Shown here: positions 8,958 to 18,774 of the stretch, one piece after another
How positions within the stretch are numbered: the stretch's first letter is position 1
Layout of the letters: each line of letters begins with the position of its first letter
Source: Candidatus Parvarchaeum sp.
GTDB taxonomy: Archaea; Nanobdellota; Nanobdellia; Parvarchaeales; Parvarchaeaceae
Length of the DNA: 62,915 bases
Assembly (NCBI GenBank): GCA_049965555.1
Contig: JBMFWF010000005.1
Coordinates: 1-62,915, forward strand
Reading direction: 5' to 3'
The notes under the pieces: generated by a model
The model's input: the letters and a program-made list of their open reading frames with translations, nothing else
Database searches by the model: none
Told to the model about the DNA's origin: nothing
Translations under genes and position numbers: made by a program

Positions 8958-10247
8958 TTATTTCTTCGCGTCTTGTGAGTATAACTTATTCTGTAGTTCT
9001 ACTACATCGTCCTTTGTTGCGAATAGTGAAAGACCGCTGTTTATCTTGTTTACAGTACCTTCCATTTCCGATAGTCTTTTATTTAATTCGTTTATTTTGT
9101 TGCTTAAATCCATGAACTTATTCATGTTTGAATTTATTTGATTGAACATCACCTCTATCTTAGAAGTCTGAGAATTGACCCTGTTTTCGCTTTCTTCTAC
9201 GTTTTTATATACGTTCTCTACGTTTTCAAACAGCTTTGCTGCATTCTTTACTACTGAAAGCGAATTTACCCTGTTGGAAAGCTCGGTAATTGATTTTGAA
9301 AGGCTGTTGTTTGTATCTACTATTTTTTCGATTTCCCCCGACATAACCTCTGTTTTGTCCTGAGTTTTTCTAAGCTCTATGACAAGCTCTGCCGGGTTGT
9401 AAGAGGTTATTGTTGACAGAGTAGACCTTGCGCTGTTCATGAAATCGTTAATGTGGTTTTGAGTGTCATTTATCCCTTTTTGTATGTTTTCGAATTCGCT
9501 GCTAACAGTCTCCATTTTTAGATTAAGGCCGTTTATTTCTACGGTTAGAGAGTTAACTGTATTAATCACTTTGTCAAACTTGCTTTCCGACTCTACCTTG
9601 TATTTTTTAAGCTCATTTATGTCATCAGAGAATGAATTTATGCTGGGCAGTGAAGAGTATAGTGTTTCATTCATTTTATCCAGCTTCTCCTGCAGTTCAT
9701 TGTCTACCGCTGATAAGTTTGAGGCAGTTTCCTTTATATTGCTCATAGCCACTTCATATTGGCGTGAAATTGCTGCGATTCCTTCTTCTATCCTCTTTAT
9801 ATTGTCATTATAATCCTTGTCTTTTAGGTTTATTGCCCTTGCTACGCCGTTAAAGTTCTCTATCGCCTTGTTGACGTTGTCAGAAAGCTCCTCCATGTTA
9901 GAGTGTATGAAGTTAAAGGAGTCGTTTAATTTGTTTATTTTTGCCGCCGAATCATTGTAAGCGTCATTCATCTTCTCTATCGAAGAATTAAAAGCTGATA
10001 TCGCGCTGTTTAAGGCATTTGAAAGGGCAGATACATCAGAACTTATCTTTGAAATCTTGCCCTCAATCTCTGCAGTGTTGTCAATTCTGCTTATTTTATT
10101 GTCCAACATTATATTTTGCTGGTTAAGCATATCAATCTTTTTGTATAAATCAGAAATTAATGTGCTTATTGAACTATTGAATTTATCAATTCCCGTAAGA
10201 TAAGATTCATAGTCTTTTGCCGTGTTTTGATCGTTATCGCTTTCCAT
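8958..10247 (-). CDS. Long coiled-coil protein
   Basis: About 430 aa of continuous heptad-like N/S/I/K/E sequence, no TM or ATPase motif; start at MESDND (ATG 10247). Confidence 0.8.
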   Translation of the reverse strand: MESDNDQNTAKDYESYLTGIDKFNSSISTLISDLYKKIDMLNQQNIMLDNKISRIDNTAEIEGKISKISSDVSALSNALNSAISAFNSSIEKMNDAYNDSAAKINKLNDSFNFIHSNMEELSDNVNKAIENFNGVARAINLKDKDYNDNIKRIEEGIAAISRQYEVAMSNIKETASNLSAVDNELQEKLDKMNETLYSSLPSINSFSDDINELKKYKVESESKFDKVINTVNSLTVEINGLNLKMETVSSEFENIQKGINDTQNHINDFMNSARSTLSTITSYNPAELVIELRKTQDKTEVMSGEIEKIVDTNNSLSKSITELSNRVNSLSVVKNAAKLFENVENVYKNVEESENRVNSQTSKIEVMFNQINSNMNKFMDLSNKINELNKRLSEMEGTVNKINSGLSLFATKDDVVELQNKLYSQDAKK

Positions 10248-10281
10248 ATAAAGCTTACTGCTCTTTTTTATATTTAAACTT

Positions 10282-11193
10282 TTAAATCGTAGTGCTTTTT
10301 GCAAGCTCTTCCTTTAGCTTACATGCTTCACAAACATCATTTGTGGAAGGGAAGCCGCAGTATTTGCATCTATTCATTTTTATAGCGGTTTTTGTGCTAT
10401 GTGTTCTCTTTATTTCCAGCATTGCGTCTATTACATTCCTTTTTGACCCGATGAATTCGCTTTCAATTTCCTTTATCTTTCTAGAGATTAATCCTCTAAA
10501 GCCCATGCCAGCGTATGGACAAGGGGTATGCATCGCATTTATCCCGTTTAACATCGAAAATAGCATTGTCTCCTTCTCGCTGAGGAAAAGGAAGGGTTTT
10601 ATCCTTGGGACAAATCCCTCACCTTTTATAATACCTGAGTAAGCCCCAAGCCTTATCATTTTATCTATGTCATTCTGCACAAGATTCATTATTACATTCT
10701 CTGCTTCATCATCCATGTTGTGCGCTGTTGCAACTTTATCTGCATGAACTTCGGAAGCCGCGTAATTTATAAGATACCTTCTAAGCACACCGCATGCAGA
10801 ACAGGGTATGCCTGCCCTTGTTTTTGTTATTGAGTCCATTGTACGGCCAGCAAAATCCTTATAAGAGTATATTTTGTATTCTACTCCGTATTTATTGCAG
10901 TAATCCTTCATTATTTCTATTGTTTTGTCCCTGTAGCCCTTTATGCCCTCATCTATGGTTATTGAAACGATTTCATTTGATTTTTTGAAGTATTTTGAAA
11001 GAATGTAGAGAAGAGATAAGGAGTCCTTTCCGCCCGAATTTGCAACTGCTATTCTTTCCCCTCTTTCAATAAGCTTGTATTTTTTAATTGTAGAGAGAGT
11101 TATATCCTCAAATCTTTGCTTGAAATGCTCAGCGCAGAGTGTGCCGTTGTTAGTTGATATAACTGCCTCTGAGCCGCATATTTCGCATTCCAT
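10282..11193 (-). CDS. ttuA: tRNA 2-thiolation protein TtuA/NcsA (PP-loop, zinc fingers)
   Basis: CxxC...CxxH N-terminus, SGGKDS, CSACGVLRR, TAHNMDD, CPY, C-terminal CxxC..CxxC. Confidence 0.9.
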   Translation of the reverse strand: MECEICGSEAVISTNNGTLCAEHFKQRFEDITLSTIKKYKLIERGERIAVANSGGKDSLSLLYILSKYFKKSNEIVSITIDEGIKGYRDKTIEIMKDYCNKYGVEYKIYSYKDFAGRTMDSITKTRAGIPCSACGVLRRYLINYAASEVHADKVATAHNMDDEAENVIMNLVQNDIDKMIRLGAYSGIIKGEGFVPRIKPFLFLSEKETMLFSMLNGINAMHTPCPYAGMGFRGLISRKIKEIESEFIGSKRNVIDAMLEIKRTHSTKTAIKMNRCKYCGFPSTNDVCEACKLKEELAKSTTI

Positions 11194-11396
11194 TACCCTC
11201 CTGAAAAAACCTCAACCACTGTTATTTCATCACCCTCTTTTATCGTTTGGTCTTTTGTATATACCCTGCCTCCTTTTCCTACAAGTATTACTGAATCATC
11301 GTTAAGTGAAAGCTTTTTAAGTAGCTCTACTACAGAGCCGTTGTCAATTTCTACGAGTTTTTCTCCGAAATTTATATTATTTAGCTTTATTTCCAT
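11193..11396 (-). CDS. Ubiquitin-like sulfur carrier (SAMP/TtuB/ThiS-MoaD family)
   Basis: 67 aa beta-grasp pattern ending in VFSGG, translationally coupled to ttuA. Confidence 0.88.
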   Translation of the reverse strand: MEIKLNNINFGEKLVEIDNGSVVELLKKLSLNDDSVILVGKGGRVYTKDQTIKEGDEITVVEVFSGG

Positions 11397-13745
11397 TTAA
11401 TCTATTATGTTATGCATGCTCTTTAAGTCCTTCTTAAACAGTTCCAATTCCTGGGGAATTTCCATTTTTATCGCATCACGCAGGGAAAGCTTCTTATCCT
11501 TTTTAGCATTCCAAACCTTGCTGTTGAATTCCATTATTTTATCTCCTATAAGCAAAAGCTTTTCATCATAGGCTTTTGCCTCTGGTATCTCCTGGTAATG
11601 TATGGGGTCCTGGCTATAAATTGCATCCCATATTGTTTGTGTTATAAACGGTGTTATTGGTGCCATCAGCAATAGCAACCTCTTAAGAACATAATTAAGC
11701 GTATAAATCGCGGATTTTTTTTCATTCTCCGAAAAGCCCTCGCCGTAAGCTCTTGCCTTTACCAATTCTATATAATGCGGCGCGAAAACGTTCCATATAA
11801 ACTCTCTTATTCTATTTGCAGGAATAAATGGGTTCAGATCTTTATAGCCTTTTCTGCATTCCTCTGTAAGTTTTTCCGTATAATTGATAATCCATTTATC
11901 GCTTTCGTTAAGCTGCATATCTTCATTTTCATCTGGCTTTCCAAATTGGTTTATAAGCCTTGCAACATTCCACAGTTTTGTTAAGAATTTAGCGCTTCCC
12001 TGCAACCTGCTTTCAGAGAAGAGAAAATTGCTTCCAGGCAAAGCCTCTGAAGCAGCCCAGAATCTAAATGCATCTGCCCCATATTTTTCTATTACAACAG
12101 TTGGGTCTATCCCGTTTCCTTTTGATTTGGACATTTTCTCTCCATGCTCATCCAAGCCCATTCCGTCTATCCAAGCCTTCTCCCATGGCAGCTTATCTGT
12201 TAGAAGATAACAGCGCAGTATGCTGTAATTAAGCCAGGTTCTTATTATGTCGATTCCCTGGGTCCTTAGGCTAAGTGGGTATGTTCTCTCATAGAAATTC
12301 TTGTCAGATAAGTATTTTGTAACATACAGAGCAGATACGCTTGAGTCCATCCAGGTGTCAAAAGTCCTATCATCTCCAACGAATTCTTTTCCCCCGCATT
12401 TTTTGCACACAGCGCCTTCCGGAGGGTTCTCTTTCCAAGGTTGGTAATACTTCCCTTCTTCAGGTACATAGGGTTCATTACATTTTGTGCAATACCATAA
12501 AGGAATCTCCGTCCCATAATACCTCCTTCTGGAAATTGGCCAGTCTGTAGATACTTTAAGCCAGTTTATAAGTATTTGCTTATGCTGTTCAGGAATCATT
12601 GTGAGTTCGTTCGCCAGTTCTTCTAGTTTATTTTTTATGTCGGTAACTTTAAGGTAATATTCATCAAGAGGTATTATCTCTATTGGTGTTTTACTTCTTT
12701 CACACATCGGCGTCCTGTGCTGAATGTTTTCAATCTTTTCTACGTAGCCTGCTTCTTGAAGCATTGAAATCATCTGTTTTCTCGCTTCCTTCACTTTCAT
12801 GCCATTGAGTTTTTCTCCAGCATTTTCATTCATTCTTCCATTTGTGTCTATAATTATAATTTCAGGGAGCTGGAGCTCTTTTATTATCATAACATCATTG
12901 TAATCCCCATAACTACATATCATAACAGCCCCGCTTCCAAATTCCGCTTTCGCGTAGCTGTGTGCAATTATTTTTACTTCTTTATTATATATGGGTGTTA
13001 TAGCCGTTTTGCCGACTAAATCCTTAAATCTTTCATCTTCAGGATTTACAAGTATCGCAGAGCATGCTCCTAAGAGCTCTGGTCGTGTGCTTGCAACAAG
13101 TATTTTTTTATCAGAATCCTTTATCTTAAAGTAGAAGTATACCAAGTTGGTGTCCATCTCCTTGTATTCTATCTCTGCATCTGCTATTGTAGTGCCGCAA
13201 TCTATGCAGTAATTGCTTGGTCTTGTGCCCCTCACTATTCTGCCCTTATTCCACATCTCTATGAACGTGCTTTGTGTAAGCTTCCTATAATCTTTTGAAT
13301 CGGTCCTGTAAACGTGGTCAAAATCCGCCGAATATGCGAATGATCTCAGTATGTCAAACATCTCCTTTTCCAGTTCATCGAGAGATTCTCTGCAAAGGTC
13401 TATGAATTTCTCCCGAGGAGTATCTCTCATTTTTATATCATATTTTTTCTCAGCGTATCTTTCTACAGGTATTCCGTTTCTGTCCATTCCAACCGGAAAT
13501 AGAACTTCTTTCCCAAGCATTCTTTGAGATCTTGCAATTGCGTCTATTTTTGAATACTGGGCCGCTGCGCCAAGATGCCATGGCCTTCCAGACGTGTAAG
13601 GCGGAGGAGTATCAATTGAGAATATCTTTTTTGGAGATGACGGAGAGAAAGCCCATTTAAGAGAATTTACCCTTAGCTCTGCTTCTTTTTCTAGCTTTCT
13701 GTTCCAATTCTTATTTTCTTCAAATATCTTTATACTTTCAGCCAT
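11397..13745 (-). CDS. valS: Valyl-tRNA synthetase
   Basis: IDTPPPYTSG..HLG (HIGH), STRPEL, DWPISRRR, DTWMDSS, KMSKS. Confidence 0.95.
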   Translation of the reverse strand: MAESIKIFEENKNWNRKLEKEAELRVNSLKWAFSPSSPKKIFSIDTPPPYTSGRPWHLGAAAQYSKIDAIARSQRMLGKEVLFPVGMDRNGIPVERYAEKKYDIKMRDTPREKFIDLCRESLDELEKEMFDILRSFAYSADFDHVYRTDSKDYRKLTQSTFIEMWNKGRIVRGTRPSNYCIDCGTTIADAEIEYKEMDTNLVYFYFKIKDSDKKILVASTRPELLGACSAILVNPEDERFKDLVGKTAITPIYNKEVKIIAHSYAKAEFGSGAVMICSYGDYNDVMIIKELQLPEIIIIDTNGRMNENAGEKLNGMKVKEARKQMISMLQEAGYVEKIENIQHRTPMCERSKTPIEIIPLDEYYLKVTDIKNKLEELANELTMIPEQHKQILINWLKVSTDWPISRRRYYGTEIPLWYCTKCNEPYVPEEGKYYQPWKENPPEGAVCKKCGGKEFVGDDRTFDTWMDSSVSALYVTKYLSDKNFYERTYPLSLRTQGIDIIRTWLNYSILRCYLLTDKLPWEKAWIDGMGLDEHGEKMSKSKGNGIDPTVVIEKYGADAFRFWAASEALPGSNFLFSESRLQGSAKFLTKLWNVARLINQFGKPDENEDMQLNESDKWIINYTEKLTEECRKGYKDLNPFIPANRIREFIWNVFAPHYIELVKARAYGEGFSENEKKSAIYTLNYVLKRLLLLMAPITPFITQTIWDAIYSQDPIHYQEIPEAKAYDEKLLLIGDKIMEFNSKVWNAKKDKKLSLRDAIKMEIPQELELFKKDLKSMHNIID

Positions 13746-13776
13746 TCTAATACAAGATTGTTCTTGTTTTTATCCT

Positions 13777-15108
13777 TTACTTAAAAGTTATTTCCTGGCC
13801 ATCAAGTATTATGTGCGAGTTCTTATTAAGCTCATATCCGAACTCTCTTGCAAGTTCTATGTTTGCGCTTAGCTTTTCTATCCCGCCGTGCGATGGTATC
13901 AAATGTTGTGGCATCAACATCTTTATAAGCAATTTATGGTCGTTCTTTGATGCATGACCTGATACATGTACATCATCTGCAACATTGACATTTAGGCTTT
14001 CAAGGGCGCTTTTCAGCATTCCTTTATTTGCTTCATTTATCGGCGTCGGTATTGTTCTGGAAGAGAATATAACTGCATCTTCATTTGAAAGGTGATACTG
14101 GTACTGACCGGTTACAAGCTTGTCCAAGAATGCTCCCTTTTCACCTTGGTGACCTGTACATATAATTACATATTTCCCAGGCCTGTCTGCAACGTATTTA
14201 AGTGCGCTATTTATCTGCTCTCTCCTTACAGTGACTTCTGGCAAGGTTCCTTTGTTTATTATCCCAGTGTTTATTGCCGCTTTTATGTACATGTCCATGC
14301 TTCTGCCGAATATCATCACGTTTCTATTCATTTTCTTGCTTATCTCAACAATATTCTTTATTCTTGCTATATGCGAAGAGAATGTCGATATAAATATTGT
14401 TTTATTGTTCAAGCTTTTCTTGATTACATCTTCAAGCATTATTTTTACTACGCTCTCTGAAAAAGTATATCCATCTACTTCTGCGTTTGTTGAATCAGAT
14501 ATTAAAATGAATACTCCCTCCTTTCTGAGTTCCTCTAGTCTTTCATAATCAGGTTTCTTTCCAAGTGTTGGCGTGTTGTCAAATTTCCAGTCATTTGCAT
14601 ACACTATTACTCCATACTTAGTATGCAGCGCTATCATTGAACTGTTTGGTATGGAATGTGTTATATTCACAAGTTCCAATTTTATGCTCTCAGATATCTT
14701 ATACATTGTTCCTGTGTTTAGCTGCACAAGATTAAGAGACCTTACCTTGAAATTCTTCATGAGGTTCTCTATTACTTTTATTGTAAAGGGAGTGGCTATA
14801 ACAGGGCATTTGTACTTTTGACTAAGAAAAGGGACAGCCCAGATGTGGTCTAAGTGACCGTGTGTAAGCACAATTGCCTTCACTTTTTTGCCCTCTTCTA
14901 GAAAGAAGCTCCTGTCATCAGGTATTACTCCATTGTCTATAAGTGCTGTAAGGTCATTTACGGTTATGTCATTTTTATCCTCCTCAAAATTGACCAGTTT
15001 TTCTATGTCTGCACCCATGTCGGTCAATATTATTTCGCCGTCAACCTCTATTGCAGTCATGCTTTTTCCTATTTTACTATATCCTCCAAATGCTTTTACC
15101 TTTATCAT
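13777..15108 (-). CDS. rnj: Ribonuclease J (beta-CASP metallo-beta-lactamase)
   Basis: THGHLDH, HSIP, DSTNA, FSSHIAR, HVSGHA, PSHG. Confidence 0.92.
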   Translation of the reverse strand: MIKVKAFGGYSKIGKSMTAIEVDGEIILTDMGADIEKLVNFEEDKNDITVNDLTALIDNGVIPDDRSFFLEEGKKVKAIVLTHGHLDHIWAVPFLSQKYKCPVIATPFTIKVIENLMKNFKVRSLNLVQLNTGTMYKISESIKLELVNITHSIPNSSMIALHTKYGVIVYANDWKFDNTPTLGKKPDYERLEELRKEGVFILISDSTNAEVDGYTFSESVVKIMLEDVIKKSLNNKTIFISTFSSHIARIKNIVEISKKMNRNVMIFGRSMDMYIKAAINTGIINKGTLPEVTVRREQINSALKYVADRPGKYVIICTGHQGEKGAFLDKLVTGQYQYHLSNEDAVIFSSRTIPTPINEANKGMLKSALESLNVNVADDVHVSGHASKNDHKLLIKMLMPQHLIPSHGGIEKLSANIELAREFGYELNKNSHIILDGQEITFK

Positions 15109-16019
15109 ATTTCTTTTATAAACTCACCTACGTTTTCATATTTCTTTTTTTTGGAAAGATTCCTAAGAAGTTTGACAGTTCCGCTGCCATACTGCATAGC
15201 TTTTTTCCTTCTTTCCGTTATTTTTCCGCTTAGTCCGAGCGATTTACCGATCGAACGCACCGGAAATTTATCATAATTCTTTGCAATTTCTTCTATGTCT
15301 TTTGAAATTGCGGCTTCTATAACTTTATCATCCAAGTAAGGGAATCCGATCGATATCTTTAATTTGTTGCCAATCGAATTTAATCGCCATAAATCCAGTG
15401 CAGGCATATAAAAAAGCCTGTATTCTCTGAATTCTCCCAGTTCTTCTTTTTTCATTGTTTTATGCCTATGGAATCCGAAGAACAATTCGTCACTTCCTAT
15501 TCCGCTTATTATCCTCTTAAGCCCCATCTCTTTTGCCTTTTCAATAGACAGGAATTCGGTTATACCCATAATTACATTGTATACATCAAGCCCAAGCGCT
15601 TTTAGCTCTTTAACTGCATGAACTAAGTTTTCCTCATTTATTGTTACGTTATACAAAGTGCTGTTCAATTCATCGCTTAAAATGCCTGCGTAATAAATAT
15701 CCTCGCTGCCAAAAGTGCCTGCAGATATCAATTTTACATTTCCAAGCTTTTTGACAGCTATAGCAGCAAGAACAGAAGAATCAATCCCTCCCGAAACAAG
15801 AACAGAATCTGGTTTAAATTTCAGAATATTCTCTTCTAAAGACTTTTCTATACTATATTTTTTAATTTTTTCCTCCTTTTTCAACTTTACTTTTATAGTG
15901 TTGCCGAGAAGATTTACGGCTGCACCACCAGGAAATATAAATCTGAAATCAAATACCTTTTCGTTTTTTGAGTCTGAATTTATTTTGTTAATAAGTAATG
16001 TTTCGTTTCTATTTTTCAT
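15105..16019 (-). CDS. Asparagine synthase-like PP-loop ATPase (synthetase domain only)
   Basis: SGGIDSS, SGIGSDELFFG, PYLD, RRKKAMQYGSG; no N-terminal Cys/Ntn glutaminase domain. Confidence 0.82.
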   Translation of the reverse strand: MKNRNETLLINKINSDSKNEKVFDFRFIFPGGAAVNLLGNTIKVKLKKEEKIKKYSIEKSLEENILKFKPDSVLVSGGIDSSVLAAIAVKKLGNVKLISAGTFGSEDIYYAGILSDELNSTLYNVTINEENLVHAVKELKALGLDVYNVIMGITEFLSIEKAKEMGLKRIISGIGSDELFFGFHRHKTMKKEELGEFREYRLFYMPALDLWRLNSIGNKLKISIGFPYLDDKVIEAAISKDIEEIAKNYDKFPVRSIGKSLGLSGKITERRKKAMQYGSGTVKLLRNLSKKKKYENVGEFIKEI

Positions 16020-16353
16020 ATATTCTCATCTGCAGCTTGTCTCCCACCTTTATTTCATATTTTTTGTCAGCGGGTAGTTCTAAAACATGCTGTGCATCTT
16101 CAGGCCCATTATAAAGCCTCCATTTCCTCGCTATTGTTTGATGTAATACTTTCAGGTTCTTGTCGAGCCAAATGACTCTTAGTTCAAATCTTACGAAATT
16201 CATGTGTATATCCTTTACGTCTGGCAGAAAGGCGCCTGAACCTGGGCTTGAAACAAACATTAATCCTAAAATCTTGCTTGAAAGTGTTCTGCAGTATTTA
16301 ACATCTTTTGCTATTAGCTTTCCTTTTTTGTAGAATTCACATTTCTCTTTCAT
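16009..16353 (-). CDS. DUF192 family protein
   Basis: GLMF, IHMNFVRFELRVIWLD, VLELPA...IKVGD. Confidence 0.85.
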   Translation of the reverse strand: MKEKCEFYKKGKLIAKDVKYCRTLSSKILGLMFVSSPGSGAFLPDVKDIHMNFVRFELRVIWLDKNLKVLHQTIARKWRLYNGPEDAQHVLELPADKKYEIKVGDKLQMRIYEK

Positions 16354-16424
16354 TGTTTTTTCTCCAATTCATGTGCAGTATATCATTGTTTTCAGTTGGT
16401 CTTTCGCTGTCCATATTACCGTGT

Positions 16425-17024
16425 TTAAAATTCAAGCTCTTTTGATACAAAATCTTCAAGACTTACTTTTTCAAGTTTTTCCTTCTCCTCTTTCTTTGCC
16501 ATGTTCATCGCAAGCAAGAATAATATCAACCCTATGCTGTTTCCGCTTTTGTTGTTGCCAGGTATTATCAAATCAATAAAGGCTGTGCTGTTGTCTGTGT
16601 TTGTTATCCCGACTATCGGTATATTTATCTTTTTAGCGTCATTTATCGCTCTCTTATTTGATTTTGGATCGGTTATCAATAGAACTTTCGGTTCAAAGAA
16701 ATTTTTATAGCTTATATTTGTAAGCGATCCGGCAAGGTATCTACCGAAATTTACACTTATTCCCATCAGCTTGGAAAAATTGTAAACAGAGTAATAAGCG
16801 CTGTCAAGCGTGGATACAAGAAGTATGCTTTTCCTTTTATAGCCATTCAGGAATTTTGCAGCAAGCTTTATTCTTTCATCTATAAGCTTTATATTCAGTA
16901 TAGTAAATTTGTTTGGGATCTTCTTGAAAACGAACCTTTCAAACTCCTTGTTGTTGGCGTTCGCCCCTATCCTTGTTCCGTACGTCTTATACGCTTCCAA
17001 TTTGTCTATTTTTTTAAATACCAT
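16425..17024 (-). CDS. rps2: 30S ribosomal protein S2 (uS2)
   Basis: GRYLAGSLTN, EPKVLLITDP, NTD...DLIIPGNNKS; follows enolase as in the archaeal operon. Confidence 0.92.
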   Translation of the reverse strand: MVFKKIDKLEAYKTYGTRIGANANNKEFERFVFKKIPNKFTILNIKLIDERIKLAAKFLNGYKRKSILLVSTLDSAYYSVYNFSKLMGISVNFGRYLAGSLTNISYKNFFEPKVLLITDPKSNKRAINDAKKINIPIVGITNTDNSTAFIDLIIPGNNKSGNSIGLILFLLAMNMAKKEEKEKLEKVSLEDFVSKELEF

Positions 17025-17026
17025 GT

Positions 17027-18193
17027 TTAATTCAATTCAATTAGCCTATTTATTTTCTCTATCCTTTCTCCTCTATTGATTCCAACTTTTAAATACTTTG
17101 CGTTTAGGCCTGTTGCTAGGTCTGCTATTATTGGTATAGATGTTTCCTCCGATCTGTGTGAAACTACCTTGTCTATCTTAAATTTATCAGCAAGTTCCGA
17201 ATATTCCTTTACTTTGTACATAAGCCCCACTTGATTTGGCTTAATAAGCGTAGAATTTATGTACTGATGAACTTTTTCAAGCCTTTCAGGCGTAGTTGCA
17301 GTAAGGTCATCTCCCACTATAATGGAACTATTAAGTAGTTTAAGCACTTCCCCGTAATCCTCAGCAAGCGTTTCATCGACAGGATCCTCTATATAGAATA
17401 TGTCAAACTCATCTGCCAGTTTTTTAGTTAAATCTATCTGCTCTCCTCTGTCAACTTCTTTCTTTCCGTATATCGGTCTTTTATAGATATATCTTCCATT
17501 TTTGTAAAATGTAGACGCGGCAAAGTCTAAGCCAAGTCTTATGTCCTCCCCGCTTTCCTTTATCGTGCTTTCTATTGCTTCCCTAACAATTTTTATTGAC
17601 TCATAGTTATCCAATCCGCTTATGAATCCGCCCTCTGGATCAACTCCTCCTATAAAACTGTCTGTTCTGTTTTCAAGGAGTTCTTTTACCTTTTTGTATA
17701 CTTTTAAGGTGGTGTTTATGCTTTCTAAGTTACTTTCAGTGATCGTTGTAACTAGTATCTCTTGTATATCCATCCCTAAACCAGAGGCATGCATACCCCC
17801 CCCTATCATTTTGCACACAGGCATGACCCTGTTTTTGCTGCCAAAAAGCTCGTAGGGTTCCTTATTAATGTCTGCACTTAAGCCATATATCAAAGCATAA
17901 GAAAGCGAAAGCGACGGCCCACCTATAAATTCTTGTGGGATTTCTTTTTCGATTGAAAATATGTCCTCCAATGCATTTATCTTCTTGCCTACTAACTTTT
18001 TCAAGTATTCATTGAAATTTTTTATCTCATCATCTATGCCTTTACTGAATTGGTTTACTTCGTATTTGCTGTTGCTTTCTCCAGCAGGTGAAGAACCACG
18101 GAATTTACCTTTCTCAGTTGTAAGCATGACTTCAACCGTGAAGTTTGAATTCGCATTCAGTATCTTAAGCGCCTTTATCTCTTTTATTTCCAT
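17027..18193 (-). CDS. eno: Enolase (divergent)
   Basis: GGGMHA, IQE, EGGF, LDFAAS, IEDP, VGDDL, IKPNQ, SHRS.ET, K..RGER.EK.NRL. Confidence 0.92.
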   Translation of the reverse strand: MEIKEIKALKILNANSNFTVEVMLTTEKGKFRGSSPAGESNSKYEVNQFSKGIDDEIKNFNEYLKKLVGKKINALEDIFSIEKEIPQEFIGGPSLSLSYALIYGLSADINKEPYELFGSKNRVMPVCKMIGGGMHASGLGMDIQEILVTTITESNLESINTTLKVYKKVKELLENRTDSFIGGVDPEGGFISGLDNYESIKIVREAIESTIKESGEDIRLGLDFAASTFYKNGRYIYKRPIYGKKEVDRGEQIDLTKKLADEFDIFYIEDPVDETLAEDYGEVLKLLNSSIIVGDDLTATTPERLEKVHQYINSTLIKPNQVGLMYKVKEYSELADKFKIDKVVSHRSEETSIPIIADLATGLNAKYLKVGINRGERIEKINRLIELN

Positions 18194-18213
18194 TTTTATT
18201 GTATAAGTTCATT

Positions 18214-18723
18214 TTATTTAAACATTTTTTCTACTTTTAATATCTTATCGGAAAAATCAATTTTTTCCCCCTTTCCCTTGCCCTGGATTATAGCGATTGC
18301 TTTTTTTACAGTATTCTTTATGCTTTTTGTGTTGTCTATTTGGAAAACTTTCTTTTTCAATTGTAAGGCCTCTGCATACGTTCCGTTCATGGCCTCAAAT
18401 ATAGCATTATCATGTATCTTTTCTTTATTATAGCCTCTCTCTTCAAGTCTTTTTACAAGAATAAGGGGATCTGTTCTAAGCACTATGACAAAGCTTATCC
18501 TTTTCGACTTTATGAAGTGGGACAAGTGTGAAACCACAAGCAAATTGTCTTTTTTGTTTTTTTGAAATGCCTGATTAACTTCTTTAAGAGTCACCTCCCT
18601 TTCTTTACTTCCCCTTTTAAGAATCTGATTTAAGTCTAACACTTCATAATTAATCTTTCTTGCGAGCTCTTTTGCTAGCGTGTGTTTGCCAGTCCCAGGC
18701 GTGCCAGATATTGCTATTATCAT
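18214..18723 (-). CDS. Adenylate kinase AK6/Fap7 family
   Basis: GTPGTGK P-loop, VVSHLSH, VLRTDP..L..RL..RGY...KI. Confidence 0.85.
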   Translation of the reverse strand: MIIAISGTPGTGKHTLAKELARKINYEVLDLNQILKRGSKEREVTLKEVNQAFQKNKKDNLLVVSHLSHFIKSKRISFVIVLRTDPLILVKRLEERGYNKEKIHDNAIFEAMNGTYAEALQLKKKVFQIDNTKSIKNTVKKAIAIIQGKGKGEKIDFSDKILKVEKMFK

Positions 18724-18774
18724 AGACTATGGAAATTTTTAATATATTTATATTGGCATCTTTCATAAAATAAG

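Noticed and set aside
16337-16414. 25-codon minus-strand ORF (MDSERPTENNDILHMNWRKNNEREM) between rps2 and DUF192
   Set aside because: Too short, no recognisable motif, and it overlaps the DUF192 start; cannot be supported.
17027-18193. Enolase as an inactive pseudo-enzyme because of the altered DSRGNPT, GASTG and SHRSGET motifs
   Set aside because: The catalytic and Mg-binding residues (H, E, E, D, E, D, K, R, S, K) are all still identifiable, so it is divergent but probably active.
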